This document shows, one piece after another, positions 50,401-61,900 of a DNA stretch of 64,000 nt (positions are counted from its first letter, which is position 1; the number at the start of each line of letters is the position of its first letter). The position numbers were made by a program, and so were the translations under genes. This DNA comes from Camelus ferus. Taxonomy: Eukaryota. Below the pieces are notes generated by a model. The model had not been told where the DNA came from, searched no databases, and worked only from the letters and a program-made list of their open reading frames with translations. The stretch lies in contig NC_045696.1 in the NCBI RefSeq assembly GCF_009834535.1, positions 46,378,001-46,442,000 of the forward strand, given 5' to 3'.

Positions 50401-52045
50401 AAATTGCCACTGCCTATCTCCATGGTTTCTAGTTTGGTTGTGATGTGTCTTAGTATATGGTGGTTCCCAGACTTGGAAAGTTTTCAGCTGTTGCTTGTTT
50501 TGAGTACTTTCTCAGCCTTGCCCTTTTATTTCCTTCCTTCCTGGATTGCAGTAACATGGATTTAAAGTCTTTTATTTTTTTCGTAGATCCCTGAGGCTCT
50601 GTTTAGTATTTCCATAAATTTTTCTTGCTTTTGCTTCACTTGCATAAATATCTGTTGTTTTATTTTCTAATTCACTGATTCTTTCCTCTGTCTCCTCCAC
50701 TCTGCCTTTGAGCACATTCATTAAGTTTTAAATTTTGATTATTGTGTTCCAATATTTCCACTTGGTTCTTTTTTATATCTTTTATTTATTTGCTGAGACA
50801 TTTTATGTGTTTAATTTCTTTCAGGTATGTTTGTAGCTGCTCATTGAAACACTTTTAATAATATCTACTTTAAAATCTTTGTCAGATAATTTTAACATCA
50901 CATCTTTAGTTTATTGTCTGTTAATTAACTTTTTTTCTTTTTCATTTACATTGAGACAGTCTTGGTTTTGGTATGTGAGGTGACTTTTAATTGAAACCTG
51001 GATATTTTGGGCATTAAGTTTTGAATCTTTGGATCTTACACAAACCTCCTCTTTTAGCTGACCTCCTCTGACACTGCTGTAGCAGGAGGAAGGGATGGCA
51101 CCATCTTATTACTGCCAGATTGAGAGAGAAGTCTAGTTTTCCCCACTTGGCTTCCATTGACATCCAAGGTAGGAAAGGACTGCTTGGTACTTCTGGGCAG
51201 AGGTGGGAGTTCCCATTCCTTAGTGGGCCTTTGATGGTACTGCTGCAGCTGGAAGGGTTAGCAGTGTTTCATTACTGCTTTATGCATGGCTTCTGCTGAT
51301 ACCAAGGGTCAGGGTCGAGGGTGGCCTTTTTATTGCTGGGCAGTGATCAAAGTTCTGATGTGTCTTATCTAACCTCTTCTGATACTACCCAGCTGGGGAG
51401 AGAGAGGAAAACTGCTAGAACAGAGGAAAATTACTGATAGGTGGGAGTTGGTAGTTTTGTGTCCGCACATGATCTCCATTGACTCTCTATATGTTGCGGG
51501 GAGAGGGAGAACTTGGACTTACCATCTGACAGGATGAAAATCCCAGCTCCCTACTTGTCCTTATCTGACACTTCTGCGTTGTGGGGATTGTGTCTCATCT
51601 TTATATTCTGGAGAGGATGTTAGTCTAGATTCTGTGCTTAGCCTTAGCTGGCATTGGTAGGTATGGGGCCATAGTTTTTTCTGTTATGTTTGTCTCATGT
51701 AGCACAGTTATTGTCTAAAAATGATCTGTCTTGCTAGACTTTCCTGGTCCTTTGGCTGGAGAGAGCTGGCTTTCTTTGGGACTCTTTTGTCTGCTCCTCA
51801 TTGGTGCTTCTGGGTTGCTGGCTTCTTCAGTTCCTAGTCTAGGATGTATAGGGCAAAAAGAAGATCCAGGGAACTCAACACTGTGTTGCTCCTGGGTCTT
51901 GAAGTCCCTAGCTAGATTGCCTTTTTTCCTTCCTTTTAGTGTCTTCTTGCAATTGTTTTATGTATGATCTCCAGTGTTTTTAGTTGTATTTAGTGAGGAC
52001 CTTAGGGGTAAGTATGTTAGTACCACCTTTCTGGCAGTAAAGTGC
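47450..52045 (-). mobile_element. Old L1 (L1MB/MC/MD-like), about 4.6 kb: degraded ORF2, ORF1 remnant and 5' region
   Basis: Many antisense ORF2 motifs (gggtctatttctggattctctgttctgtttcattgatctatgtgtc; ccttgtttctgatcttagggaaagggcattcagtcttt; gcacttgaaaaagaatgtgtattctgctgttgttggg) followed by a GC-richer 5' segment. Confidence 0.88.
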
Positions 52046-52419
52046 CCTCAACCTGTTTTTTAATGTGGCAGAAAAAATAAAAACACTGCATAGATGGTAT
52101 TATGGAGAACATAGCATGGAATTTCCAGGTGGAAGTATTAATATTGGAATGGATCTTCCAAAGACAAAGAGTCTTCTCTCAAGTAATTTAGATATCTTTC
52201 AGCTTGAATACCCGAGTTGCTGTTTGGTGACTGACAATGACATGGTGTTCTTTGATTTTCTTTCCATGTGCTGTTTTGGTCTTGGTTTTGTATATATAAT
52301 AGAATAGAAAGCGTATTGGGTAAGAATACACTTTTGTAAGTCATTTTCAGTTCTGATGCTTATGAGTTGATTCCACTGGGCTTTAGTGCAATGTACCAAA
52401 TCAACTTTGGGCTTAAAAA

Positions 52420-53800
52420 TTTTTTTTTTGTATTTTTTAGATTAACTGACAAAAAATTGCCTTTCAATGTGTACAGTTCCATTTATTTTAAACCATGAAT
52501 AGATTTTATGAACAGTTCAATGTTAAAGTTTATAAAGTTCCACCCTCCCAAACTTCCTTTATGCCATTTGTAGAATCATACCTTCCCCCAACCCCAACCC
52601 TTGGCAACGCTGTTCTTTTCTTCACTTCAATAGTTTTGTCTTTTGGAGCATGTAATATAAATGGAATCATATAGTATGTTCCTTTTGAGACTTTTTTTTT
52701 TTAACTTTCTATAATGGCTGAGGTTCACCAAAGTTGTTGCATCAATAGCCTGTTCTTTGTTTTTTCTGAGTGGTATTTATTATATTATATATGTATTAGA
52801 GTTTATCTGTTTACCAATCAGATTGTTTCCAGTTTATGGCAATTATGAATAAATCCATTATAAACATTCATTTACATATTTTTCTGTGAACCTGACCATT
52901 GATTTCTCCTGAAATAATACCTAGGAGTGGGTCTGCATGTTTACACTGTGCATATTTATATAAGGAATGTCCAGACTTTTCAAGAGCAAGCTATACCACC
53001 TTTCTTTCCTTTTGTCATCTTTAAGAGTGTTTGCCTTTACTTGTTGGAACATTTTAAAAATCTTTGCCAGATAAATTTGATACCTGCATTGTTTCAGAGT
53101 TGGGGTCTGTTGATTGTCTTTTTCTGTGCAAGTTGAGATTTTTTTCTGTTTCTTCATATGCTGACTAATTCTGGGTTTTATCCTGGTCAGTGTGATTATT
53201 ATGAGACCCTGGTTCTTTTATTAAGTCTGTGGAAAATAGCGATGTTTTAGTTTTAGTAGAAAATTTGTTTTGGTTAAGTTCAGGATTCAAGTTCCAACCA
53301 GCCATCTGTGAGTTGTTTCCTAGATCAGTTCCGTTTTTAGTCTTTTTAGTGTTACTTGGATTTATCTTCTTATTTGCCCCCTAGTGGCCAATCTGAGAAC
53401 TGAGCAGAGCCAATAGTTCAGTTCTCAGTGTCCAATGTATACTGTTGAGGATGAGATCCATGCATGTGTAGCTTGGGGTGAGACCAAGAGTTCTTAAAGA
53501 ACTATTTTCTACCACCTCCCACTTTTGTTTTGGTTCTCTGGTTGGAAGGCCATTTAGTTATCTTTTCTTACTGTGCACGTCCCATGATTGAACCCATGTC
53601 TGGCAGTAAGTGGTGGGAGGTTAAAGAGAATAAAAGCAACACCCTCTTGGAACCAATGTTCCTCCTTCAGAGATGAAGGTTCCCCTTGCTCAGAGTTTTT
53701 GTTCCCATGGGCTCCTGTTTTTGCTGCCTCCCTCTATCAGAGAAATGCTTGAGGTCCAGCACATGAGAGAATAGAGAAAATTGTGAAAAAGAAAGCATGA
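52420..53800 (-). mobile_element. Old L1: 3' end (~52420-53000) joined to an L1M 5'-region fragment (~53000-53800)
   Basis: tataaatggaatcatatagtatg...ttgtttccagtttatggcaattatgaataaa...aatacctaggagtggg; then ggaacatttt...aaaatctttgccagataa. Confidence 0.75.
53375..53390 (-). promoter_or_regulatory. CTCF-like motif
   Basis: Minus strand TGGCCACTAGGGGGCA, close to the CTCF core consensus. Confidence 0.55.
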
Positions 53801-53844
53801 ACTCTCTTATTTAATGTTTTTCTTTAAATGGTAACGTAAATATT

Positions 53845-53861
53845 TGGCCACTGGAGGGCTC
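53845..53861 (+). promoter_or_regulatory. CTCF-like motif (weaker)
   Basis: TGGCCACTGGAGGGCTC. Confidence 0.4.
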
Positions 53862-53985
53862 CATATTTTAAAAAATTACACTAAAGATAAAAATGCTCAC
53901 TGCAATAATTTTAAACAGTGCAGAAAGATTTAAAGGGCTCCATATTTTTTAGTAAAGATTAAATTAAATACTTGCTAGTTATAAA

Positions 53986-53992
<7 letters not shown>

Positions 53993-54028
<36 letters not shown>
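53993..54028. repeat. (TG)18 microsatellite
   Basis: Perfect dinucleotide run. Confidence 0.97.
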
Positions 54029-54029
<1 letters not shown>

Positions 54030-56094
54030 AAGTAAAGTGTATTTAACAGGTGCTTGCTTTCTCCTTTTCCTTATTTTGGAATGAAAGTAAAACATTACAC
54101 AATTTCTTCATAAATAAAATATTTCCCAACTCTGATGTCAAAATATAAGACTAGTCACATGAAAGCCCCTCATAAACAAAGAGGTTGAGACAGATTAAAT
54201 AATTTTTTTCTCATCCCTCTCCTGTATATTGATTTTATATGAGGAAACTTATTTTAGGGTTCATTGAGATGATTTCCATTTAGTTTAAGGAACTCAGTTA
54301 TCTCAGTGAATGCTATGATAGAATTAATAAAATTCACAAAACATTAGTAGGAGACATTTCGAAATGGAACCAAACCCAAAAGTAGATGTTGCATCAAATC
54401 ATTGGCAATCACTGATTTTAAGAAGTCTTTTTATGTTTAATATTAGCATTTCTTTGATCCAGATGTGTAGTTTACATTGTTATACACTGAAAACTGAGCT
54501 TCAGGGTTTATTTTCCAGTATTAAAGTAAAATGGGAACTTAAAAAATTGAGAATTTGGAAACTCATATAGCAGATATCAGTACCTGAAGGAAGAATCTTT
54601 TTGTCTAGAAAAATTCTAGGTAGGAAACTACTGCGTTTCTCAGAAACAGCATTTTTACTTCCATGGTCTCTCCTACTTGAAAGAAATGTTTTGGTTTCTT
54701 TATAATTGTGAAGTGTTTACTTTTTAAATGTTTGATCTGAACTCAGGGAAGCCTGCAATTTCTAGGGTAGTTAAGCATTTTTTCCCCTGAAAAGAAGTGG
54801 GTCTCTTTGTACTGAGCTTGCAGAGCTGAGTCTGTGTGTTTTGGGTGATCTGAGTAGTTAAATTACCCAGTTATTTGGTATCTTTGTCCCTTAGCACCTC
54901 CTCTTCATAAAGGAAGCTGTAAGGCAAATTAATTGCTAATGAGGAGGAAACAAACCAAAACCAAACAGAGTGAAAAGCAAACAACTTCTGTACCTTTTCC
55001 TTTGAAAGTTTTCCAGGGTCTATGAGTAAATCCTTCCTTGTTTCAACATAATAAATTTATGTTGAAAATAGTTTACTAACTATTAATATAGGGACAAAGA
55101 TACCAAAAAATCATGCAAGGTGGTAGTCCCTAATATTCCTCACTAATTCTGCACATGATGTTGAGGCACTGTATGGAATGATTTTTTTTTTTTAAACCCA
55201 TCATAGGCATTCTCACAGAGTATTCGTGTTTAAGTGATTTCAGGGTAGGAAGTGCCTAAGCATCTGCATTTTTTTTTTACATTTTTTTATTGAGTAATAG
55301 TTATTTTACAATGTTGTGTCAAATTCTAGTGTAGAGCACAGTTTTTCAGTCATACATGAACACGTATATATTCATTGTCACATTTTTTTTTTGCTATGAG
55401 CTACCACAAGATCTTGTATATATTTCCCTGTGCTATACAGTATAATCTTGTTTATCTTTTCTGCATTTTAAAATCCCCAGTCTGTCCCTTCCCACCCCCC
55501 ACCCCTTGGCAACCACAAGTTTGTATTCTATGTCTATGAGTGTGTTTCTGTCTTTTATTTATGTTTTGTTTGTTTGTTTGTTTTAGATTCCTCATATAAG
55601 CGACCTCATATGGTATTTTTCTTTCTCTTTCTGGCTCACTTCACTTAGAATGACATTCTCCAGGAACATTCATGTTGCTGCAAATAGCGTTATGTTGTCG
55701 GTTTTTGTGGCTGAATAGTATTCCATTGTATAAATATACCACATCTTCTTTATCCAGTCATCTGTTGATGGACATCTAGGCTGCTTCCATGTCTTGGCTA
55801 TTGTAAATAGTGCTGCTACGAACATTGGGGTGCAGGTGTCATTTTGAAGTAGGGTTCCTTCTGGTTATATGCGCAGGAGTGGGATTCCTGGGTCATATGG
55901 TAAGTCTATTCCTAGTCTTTTGAGGAATCTCCATACTGTTTTCCACAGTGGCTTTCCTTGCTTCCCTCTCCCACTCTTAATGATTTAGATGTCTTCTTTT
56001 ACAGTTTTGTGTTTATTCTTTTTGTAATTCATGGCAGTTATCTCCTTTCCAGTTATGAGTTTCTTATTTTTGTAGCATCCTACTTCTTTTCTAT

Positions 56095-56973
56095 TTAGAG
56101 TAGACCTGTCAATATTTCTTTTAGCATGGGTTTAGTGTTGCTAAACTCTTAGTTTTTGCTTGTCTGTGAAGTTCTTTATCTCTCCTTCTATTCTAAAGGA
56201 TAGCCTTGCTGGATAGAGTATCTTAGGCTGCATCATTTTTTCATTCAGGACTTTGAATATATCTTGCCACTCCCTTCTGGCCTGTAGTGTTTGTGTAGAA
56301 AAATCAACTGAGAGCCTTATAGGGGTTCCCTTGTAACTTACTCTTTGCTTTTCTCTTGCTGCCTTTAGGATCATTTCTTTATCCTTGACTCTGGCCATCT
56401 TGATTATGATGTGTCTTGGTGTGGGTCTGTTTGGGACCCTCTGATCCTCCTGTATATCTGATTCCTTCTTTAGGTTTGGGAAGTTTTCAGTCATGATTTC
56501 TTCAAATACCTTTCCAGTCCCCTTTGTTCTTCTTCCCCTTCTGGAACCCCTATAATGCATAGATTGGCACGCTTTATATTATCCCACAGGTCCCTTATAT
56601 TGTTTTCATTGTTTTTTATTTGCTTTTCTCTCAGCTGTTCTGATTGCGTGCTTTCTGTTCTCCGGTCTTCTAGGTCACTTATTCGTTCCTCTGCATTATC
56701 TAGCCTGCTTTGCACAGCCTTTAGGTCAGCTCTCATCTCAGCAAGTGAGTTTACTAATTCTATTTTGCTCTTCTTTATAGCTTCTATTTCATTTTTGACA
56801 TATTTTATATCTCTAAACACTATTTCTTTTAGTTCCTTCAGTACTTTGATCAGTCCTTTTTTGAAATCTTGATCTAGTAGGCCATCAATGTCTATTTCCT
56901 TGCTCATGCTTTCAGGAGATTTCTCTTGATCTTTTACGTGGGAGTGGTTCCTCTGCTTCTTCATATTGCTCAT
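56095..56973 (-). pseudogene. L1 ORF1p (coiled-coil/RRM/CTD RNA-binding protein), frameshifted
   Basis: RLDNAEERISDLED, IRDLWDNIKRANLCIIGVPEGEE, ENFPNL, RPTPRHIIIK, ILKAAREK, YKGTPIRLS, ARREW, YPARLSF motifs; frameshifts near 56525 and 56150; stop at 56095-56097. Confidence 0.95.
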
Positions 56974-57099
56974 ATCTCTCTGGCACTGTGGCTTAAGGAG
57001 TATCAGTTATCTAGTTCTCCTGGAGATGGTGTACTCTTAATGATTTTATCGAGAGGTCTTTGTGTCTTCGTCCTGTTTTGCAAACTCAGCTTGCCGTTT

Positions 57100-58298
57100 C
57101 CAGAGGCCCTCTGTGGGCGCCCTCGTCTATGCTGCTCCCAGTGGCTGTTGGTTAGCAGATCGCGCCCCCTCCTAACACTGGGTCAGGAGTTGAGCTCTCA
57201 CTCCCCCTCCTGATGCCGCAATCAGATGCTGCGCTCTGGGGGAGGCAGGTGGGCGGATTGCGCCCCCTCTCAGCACTGTGGTCAGGTGCAGCGCTCCTAC
57301 CAGGAAGCGGGGTGGCCGCCCGCCCTCTCCCAGTGCCGGTTGCTCCGCTGCTCTGTGCTGCTGCCCGCTCCACCTCGGGTCGCTGTTCCGAAGGTGGTCT
57401 TGGGGAAGACCATGGAACGGCCCTGCCCCTGCTCCGTGCCAAATCTCAGCTCCTTGTTTGTCTTGGTGGCATGAGTTCTCTGAGGTGCCAGGGCAGAAAG
57501 ATCCTATCTGCCTCAGGCTGTAAACAAGTCTCAGTCCTACCTAGGAGGTTGCAGAGCCCCTGGGTGCAGATTCAGGTCTTGGCCCCGCCTGCACCCAGGC
57601 CCTGCGCACAGGAGGAGATGGTGGCTGTGGCTGAGCCCTGACTCTTCTCGCTGAGAAGTGCCAGTAATGGCAGTGCAGGTCTGAGGAGACAAAGGCTATG
57701 GCGCCCCTCCCCACAAGGCACACAAGCCGTGCCACTTTGCTTTTTTCGCAATTTATGGGGGCCTGAGGTTGTTCTGCTCCATATACCCTCCCAGCCACAG
57801 CGAGCAGCCCCCTGCAGTCCCCGGGGCTGCCTCAGTGCAGCTGCCCCAGTCCTCTGCCCGGCTCGGGCGGCCTGTCCCGGTCCCAGCTGCCGGCTCGGCT
57901 CGTGTCTTGGGCTGGGTGTCGCGGAGACCCTTTGTGTCCATTTAACTCAGTTCTGTCGGTCAAGGGGTGCTCAGGGCAGATCTGAGCCTCGGAAGCCCCC
58001 CCTCCATCCCGCTGGCCTCTCTGTTGGAGGTGAGGGGCCCAGTGAACAAGCGCCAGTCCTCCTTTGCCGCTCCCTCCCCGCGGGATGGGTCCCGCACTGT
58101 TTGGTTTTTCTTCTTTCTTTTTTCCTTTTCTCCTACCAGATTTTTGGCGTCTTTGTCTTTCGAAGAGGGCGATGTCCTGTCGGAGTTCGGCAGGTACTCT
58201 GGTTGTCTGAGTAGGTCCGTAGATGTGAGTTTTGGTGTATTTGTGGGAGAGGGTGAGCTGCAAGCGTTCTTCTACTCTGCCATCTTGCTTCTCTCTCG
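57100..58298 (-). promoter_or_regulatory. CpG-rich L1 5'UTR internal promoter
   Basis: The most CpG-dense stretch of the window; YY1 site at the element start. Confidence 0.8.
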
Positions 58299-58860
58299 GC
58301 ATCTGCATTTTTAAAAGCGTCTCATGTGATTGTGTTTTGTGGTCTACATTGAGTGATTGATTCAAAAGGAAGCTGCATTGTGGAAACTGTGGCCCCTCCA
58401 AGTTCTGGTTAGTTAAACAAATGTCTCTGAGTAAATATAGCTACTCTTTATATTTGAATATGTTTTCTCCTCACCCCCAACTCACCCCTAAGGAAAAACC
58501 AAACTTGGTATTATTTTGGTTGCTAACATTGCCTAAATTATTTTGAATTGAACCACTGAAATTTCTGGGGTGAGAACTGGGGAAAGTGATTCTAGATTTT
58601 CGAATAGGATTTGCTCTGTCCTGATAAGTTTGTTATTTCTGTTACCCACTCAAGCAGTCAGCTTATCTTTTCACTTTTAAACCAGTTCTAACAGAAAATG
58701 GCACAAGGTCTGGCCAAGGAAACATAATTCTATGCTTAGGTGTATAGAGATCTTTTGCAACATGTGGGATTATAAATAGGAAAAGTCGTGGAAGAACAGT
58801 ATATGCTCCAGGCAGGCTGTAGGGAGAGGGAACTTCAGGATCAGCAGGCTCCGCGACAGC

Positions 58861-58875
58861 AGGTCACACTGACTT
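58861..58875. promoter_or_regulatory. Near-consensus estrogen response element (IR3)
   Basis: AGGTCA-cac-TGACTT, one mismatch from AGGTCAnnnTGACCT. Confidence 0.35.
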
Positions 58876-60341
58876 TTAAAAATACTCAACAGTGTCAGTC
58901 GTGGGCTGGCGTGATCATCCCTCATGCGTCTTTCCTAACTCTTCTCACAATGATGAAGGAACTGTCGAAAGGCACGCTGTAAAGATTCCCTAAGATTTCA
59001 GTCCTGGGGCTTCTGGTCTCCCCATTCTTCTTAGCTGAGGACCCTGGATGACACCTCTCATCCATGAATTTAACCTGTGTGTGTTGGGATGACTCACAGA
59101 TCCTGCTGTCTGCTCAACTTTTATCTAGTTCATTCCATGGTAACATTCCATCACAAACTGGATCTCTGCCAACTTGAGCAAACAGTTTTGCTCCCTCCTC
59201 ATCCTAACTACCAGGACACTCCTCTTTTCCATGACAGTAGGGTAATACTACCTTGTCACTCTGCCCTGGCCTGAAAGCCCTTGGGCTCTTTCTGGGCTCA
59301 TCCCCCAGTTCACTTAACACATCTTACTGTTGCCTAATCATATCTGCCTCATCAAGTGCCCCCGGCATGCAGTGATGATAGTAAACTTGGATGGAAACAG
59401 TGAAGATATTTAGGTTAAAAGGAAGAATAAAATCTTCAAAGAATATCTGTGCAGTAGGAGAAAGTAAAGTGTTAGGAAAAAGGTCAAAGTTTTAAATAAG
59501 CCTCCTGGATTAGAGTATATAGAAGATTTTAATTAAGCATTGTGTTTGATATGTTAGTATAGTTGTATTCTTGCCTATTTGGTCTAGAATCATTCTTTTT
59601 GCTTAGAATTAGCTTAAAAGGAAAAGGAAAAGCTAATAATTAAAGACAAGTTTGGGGGTTCTGTTTTGTTTTTAAAGACATTGTCTTTTTTAGTAGGAGA
59701 TCTCTTGCATATAAATATTACCAGTGCATGCATTCTTCTTGCTATTTGTGGATTATCCATAGCAACCTGGTGACATTTCATTCAGGTCAGTTTTCTTTAG
59801 CTACCAAAGACTCTTTTAACTTCTCTCCAGTTGCTACCTTTCTGACCTGTACTTAAGAAATGTAAAATCGATTTTACTTTTAACTACAAGAAATAGCAGT
59901 AGTAGTTATTTAAGGTTTTATATATTTAAAACTTTATTCAGATTATTTTTGCATATATTTTATCATTTTAAGGAAATTAATTTATGGGAAGAGAGTATTC
60001 CAAAGTGAATTGGAAATGGTTTTCAGAATACTGAATCTAGTTGCCTTCCGTAAGCATGGGCAATGAAGAGCTGGCTAGCATGTCCCAATTACAGATCCTG
60101 TTGGGAACCTTCCATGGTGTCTTAGAAATGCTTGTTTCTACTTGTTTATTAGTGCTTTTCAGTTTTTGGAAGTGTCTACGTGTATCTACTTGTAATTTAT
60201 TTAAAATTCATTTTTATTGCGGAAATATGATTTCTAAAGTTAGGGTTGTAGGATTTTGTTTCTTGCTTTTAAGTCAGATGCTTGGTAACCTCTAGAGAAG
60301 GGTTCGCACGATAAAAATGTACAATTACAAAAAGAACTCAC

Positions 60342-60531
60342 CGGGCAGGTATCAAAGTACTTATCTGTACAGTGGAATTTTAACTGAAAGGGAATGTCCT
60401 CTGGCAGGAGAACAGTGGCATGATCCCTCAGGAAGTCAACTATAAGGTATATTAATCCTACCAAGGTATTAACCTCATGTTCTTCAATTCCAGGGTGTAT
60501 TCTCCACCCTGCAAGTTCAGCTAAAAATATG
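60342..60531 (-). other. Candidate 190-nt exon with one open frame (antisense to the presumed host gene)
   Basis: Minus strand: ttcttatttcattatcttacaaaatttgcctttcag| acceptor and CCG|gtgagt donor; 63 uninterrupted codons. Confidence 0.3.
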
Positions 60532-61299
60532 CTGAAAGGCAAATTTTGTAAGATAATGAAATAAGAACGTGGACCTAAGTCTGAAAGATGCACATTAGAA
60601 AATAAAATCCCTAGCCAAATGTATCTGACAAATCTCTGCTCTCTTACAACTAGTAGCCTGGTCTTTAAAGATGTTCATAAAATAATGATAAAAATAATAC
60701 GTATAGAAGACATGTGGTTAAATGACTTACCCATCTCCTAAATTTTACTCTGGACATTTTTTCCATATTTGTGAAGTTGATGAGTATAACTACTGTTGGT
60801 GGCTGTGTCTTCTTTATATATAAAATTAAAAAAATGTTATATCAATTACTGTAATGATTTTTTTATAGATTTGAATGTGTTGAAAGTCTCTTGGATTCCA
60901 AAGAACAATTTTATGAAAATAATAGTACTTCATATTTATTATGAATTTATTATATTAAACCAGTTTCAGTGTAACAATTTGAGCATAAGCTTAGTAGGTG
61001 ATAATTGAATTGTATTAATATTAAATCTTAGGATTATATGACAAGATCTGTATAGACTGACTTTTAATTAGAAACTAGCATCTGATCAATTCCCAGTTCC
61101 TTAAACTAACATTCATTGGGATTTAAAGCACAAATAGCCTAAACTTTCTTTTGATATATTACTGCACTAACAAGTTTGGCATTTGGATCAAGGACATAGA
61201 TCTGTGGCTGCTGGGCACCATGACTGCTGAATATGATGGATTCCAAGTCTCGTGGCTTCCAGCTTTTATTTGCTTTGATTTCAGAAAGCTGGAGAATCT

Positions 61300-61900
61300 T
61301 GAAATGTTTGGATTTTAGACGATAAGGCTTAGTGATCAGCCCTCAGTACTCATACAGTAAACCCTAAAATTCTGTTTGAATATCTCCGTTGATGGATAAA
61401 TATCCAAGAGAGATTTGCTTCATTTTGGGACAGATCTGATGGTCAGAAACTATTTCCTCATACTGAATACCCAAAAATGCCTCCTAGAAACATCTGTTAA
61501 TTGACTCCAGTTTTAAACTCTGACACCACCATATAAATTATGTCTGTGACACCTCTTCCTTAAAACATGCCAAAAAGATATGAAAATAGCACTTCTTCTT
61601 TTCCAAAGAAACATTTTCATTTCCTTTTACCATTTTGCCCCTAACAGGTTTGCTAGCCCCTGTCAAAATCTCTCAGGGATCTAGCCTAGGGGCACTTTAG
61701 TTCTTTTCTGTCCTCACTTGACAGAGACAGACAGCATCAGGTAGAGTGGGTCTCTTTCCCTCTTGCTGGACAGTGTAATTCTATCAAATCCCATTTCTTT
61801 TTGAGTTCTTCACTCTGATGACTCATTGCAGTATGTCATTTTATATGCTTTTCTGTTAAGGTGGGCATCCCTTATTTGACACTTTCAGACTTCTATTCAT
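61300..61900 (-). mobile_element. L3/CR1 3' end, highly diverged
   Basis: tctgtttgaatatctccgttgatgg...ttcattttgggacagatctgatggtcagaaactatttcctcatactga...tgcctcctagaaac resembles the reverse L3 3' consensus. Confidence 0.6.

Larger units (their letters stand above)
55274..58298 (-). mobile_element. Young lineage-specific L1, 3.0 kb: complete 5'UTR, ORF1, spacer, ORF2 C-terminal stub and 3'UTR/poly(A); most of ORF2 absent
   Basis: Perfect 14-bp TSD gcatctgcattttt (55260-55273, 58299-58312) at a TTTT/AA site; YY1 motif caagatggc (58279-58287, minus); AATAAA at 55286-55291 (minus); ORF1 homology. Confidence 0.95.
55190..58355. mobile_element. MER5-like remnant split by the young L1 (pieces ~55190-55273 and ~58299-58355)
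   Basis: Rejoined flanks read gcctaagcatctgcatttttaaaagcgtctcatgtgatt...acattgag, resembling MER5 ggaatctgcattttaacaagctcccaggtgatt. Confidence 0.5.

Noticed and set aside
990..54570. The many 60-125 aa ORFs in the six-frame track
   Set aside because: Low-complexity F/L/I/K-rich translations, many starting at non-ATG codons, often inside repeats, with no recognisable domains; expected by chance
56926..58401. Long overlapping ORFs on both strands of the L1 5'UTR (possible ORF0 analogue)
   Set aside because: GC-rich sequence is poor in stop codons, so several frames are open at once; no homology or other support
60255..60355. Plus-strand mini-exon ending CAG|gtatca (EKGSHDKNVQLQKELTGQ)
   Set aside because: Ambiguous acceptor, mediocre donor and unrecognised peptide; weaker than the overlapping minus-strand candidate
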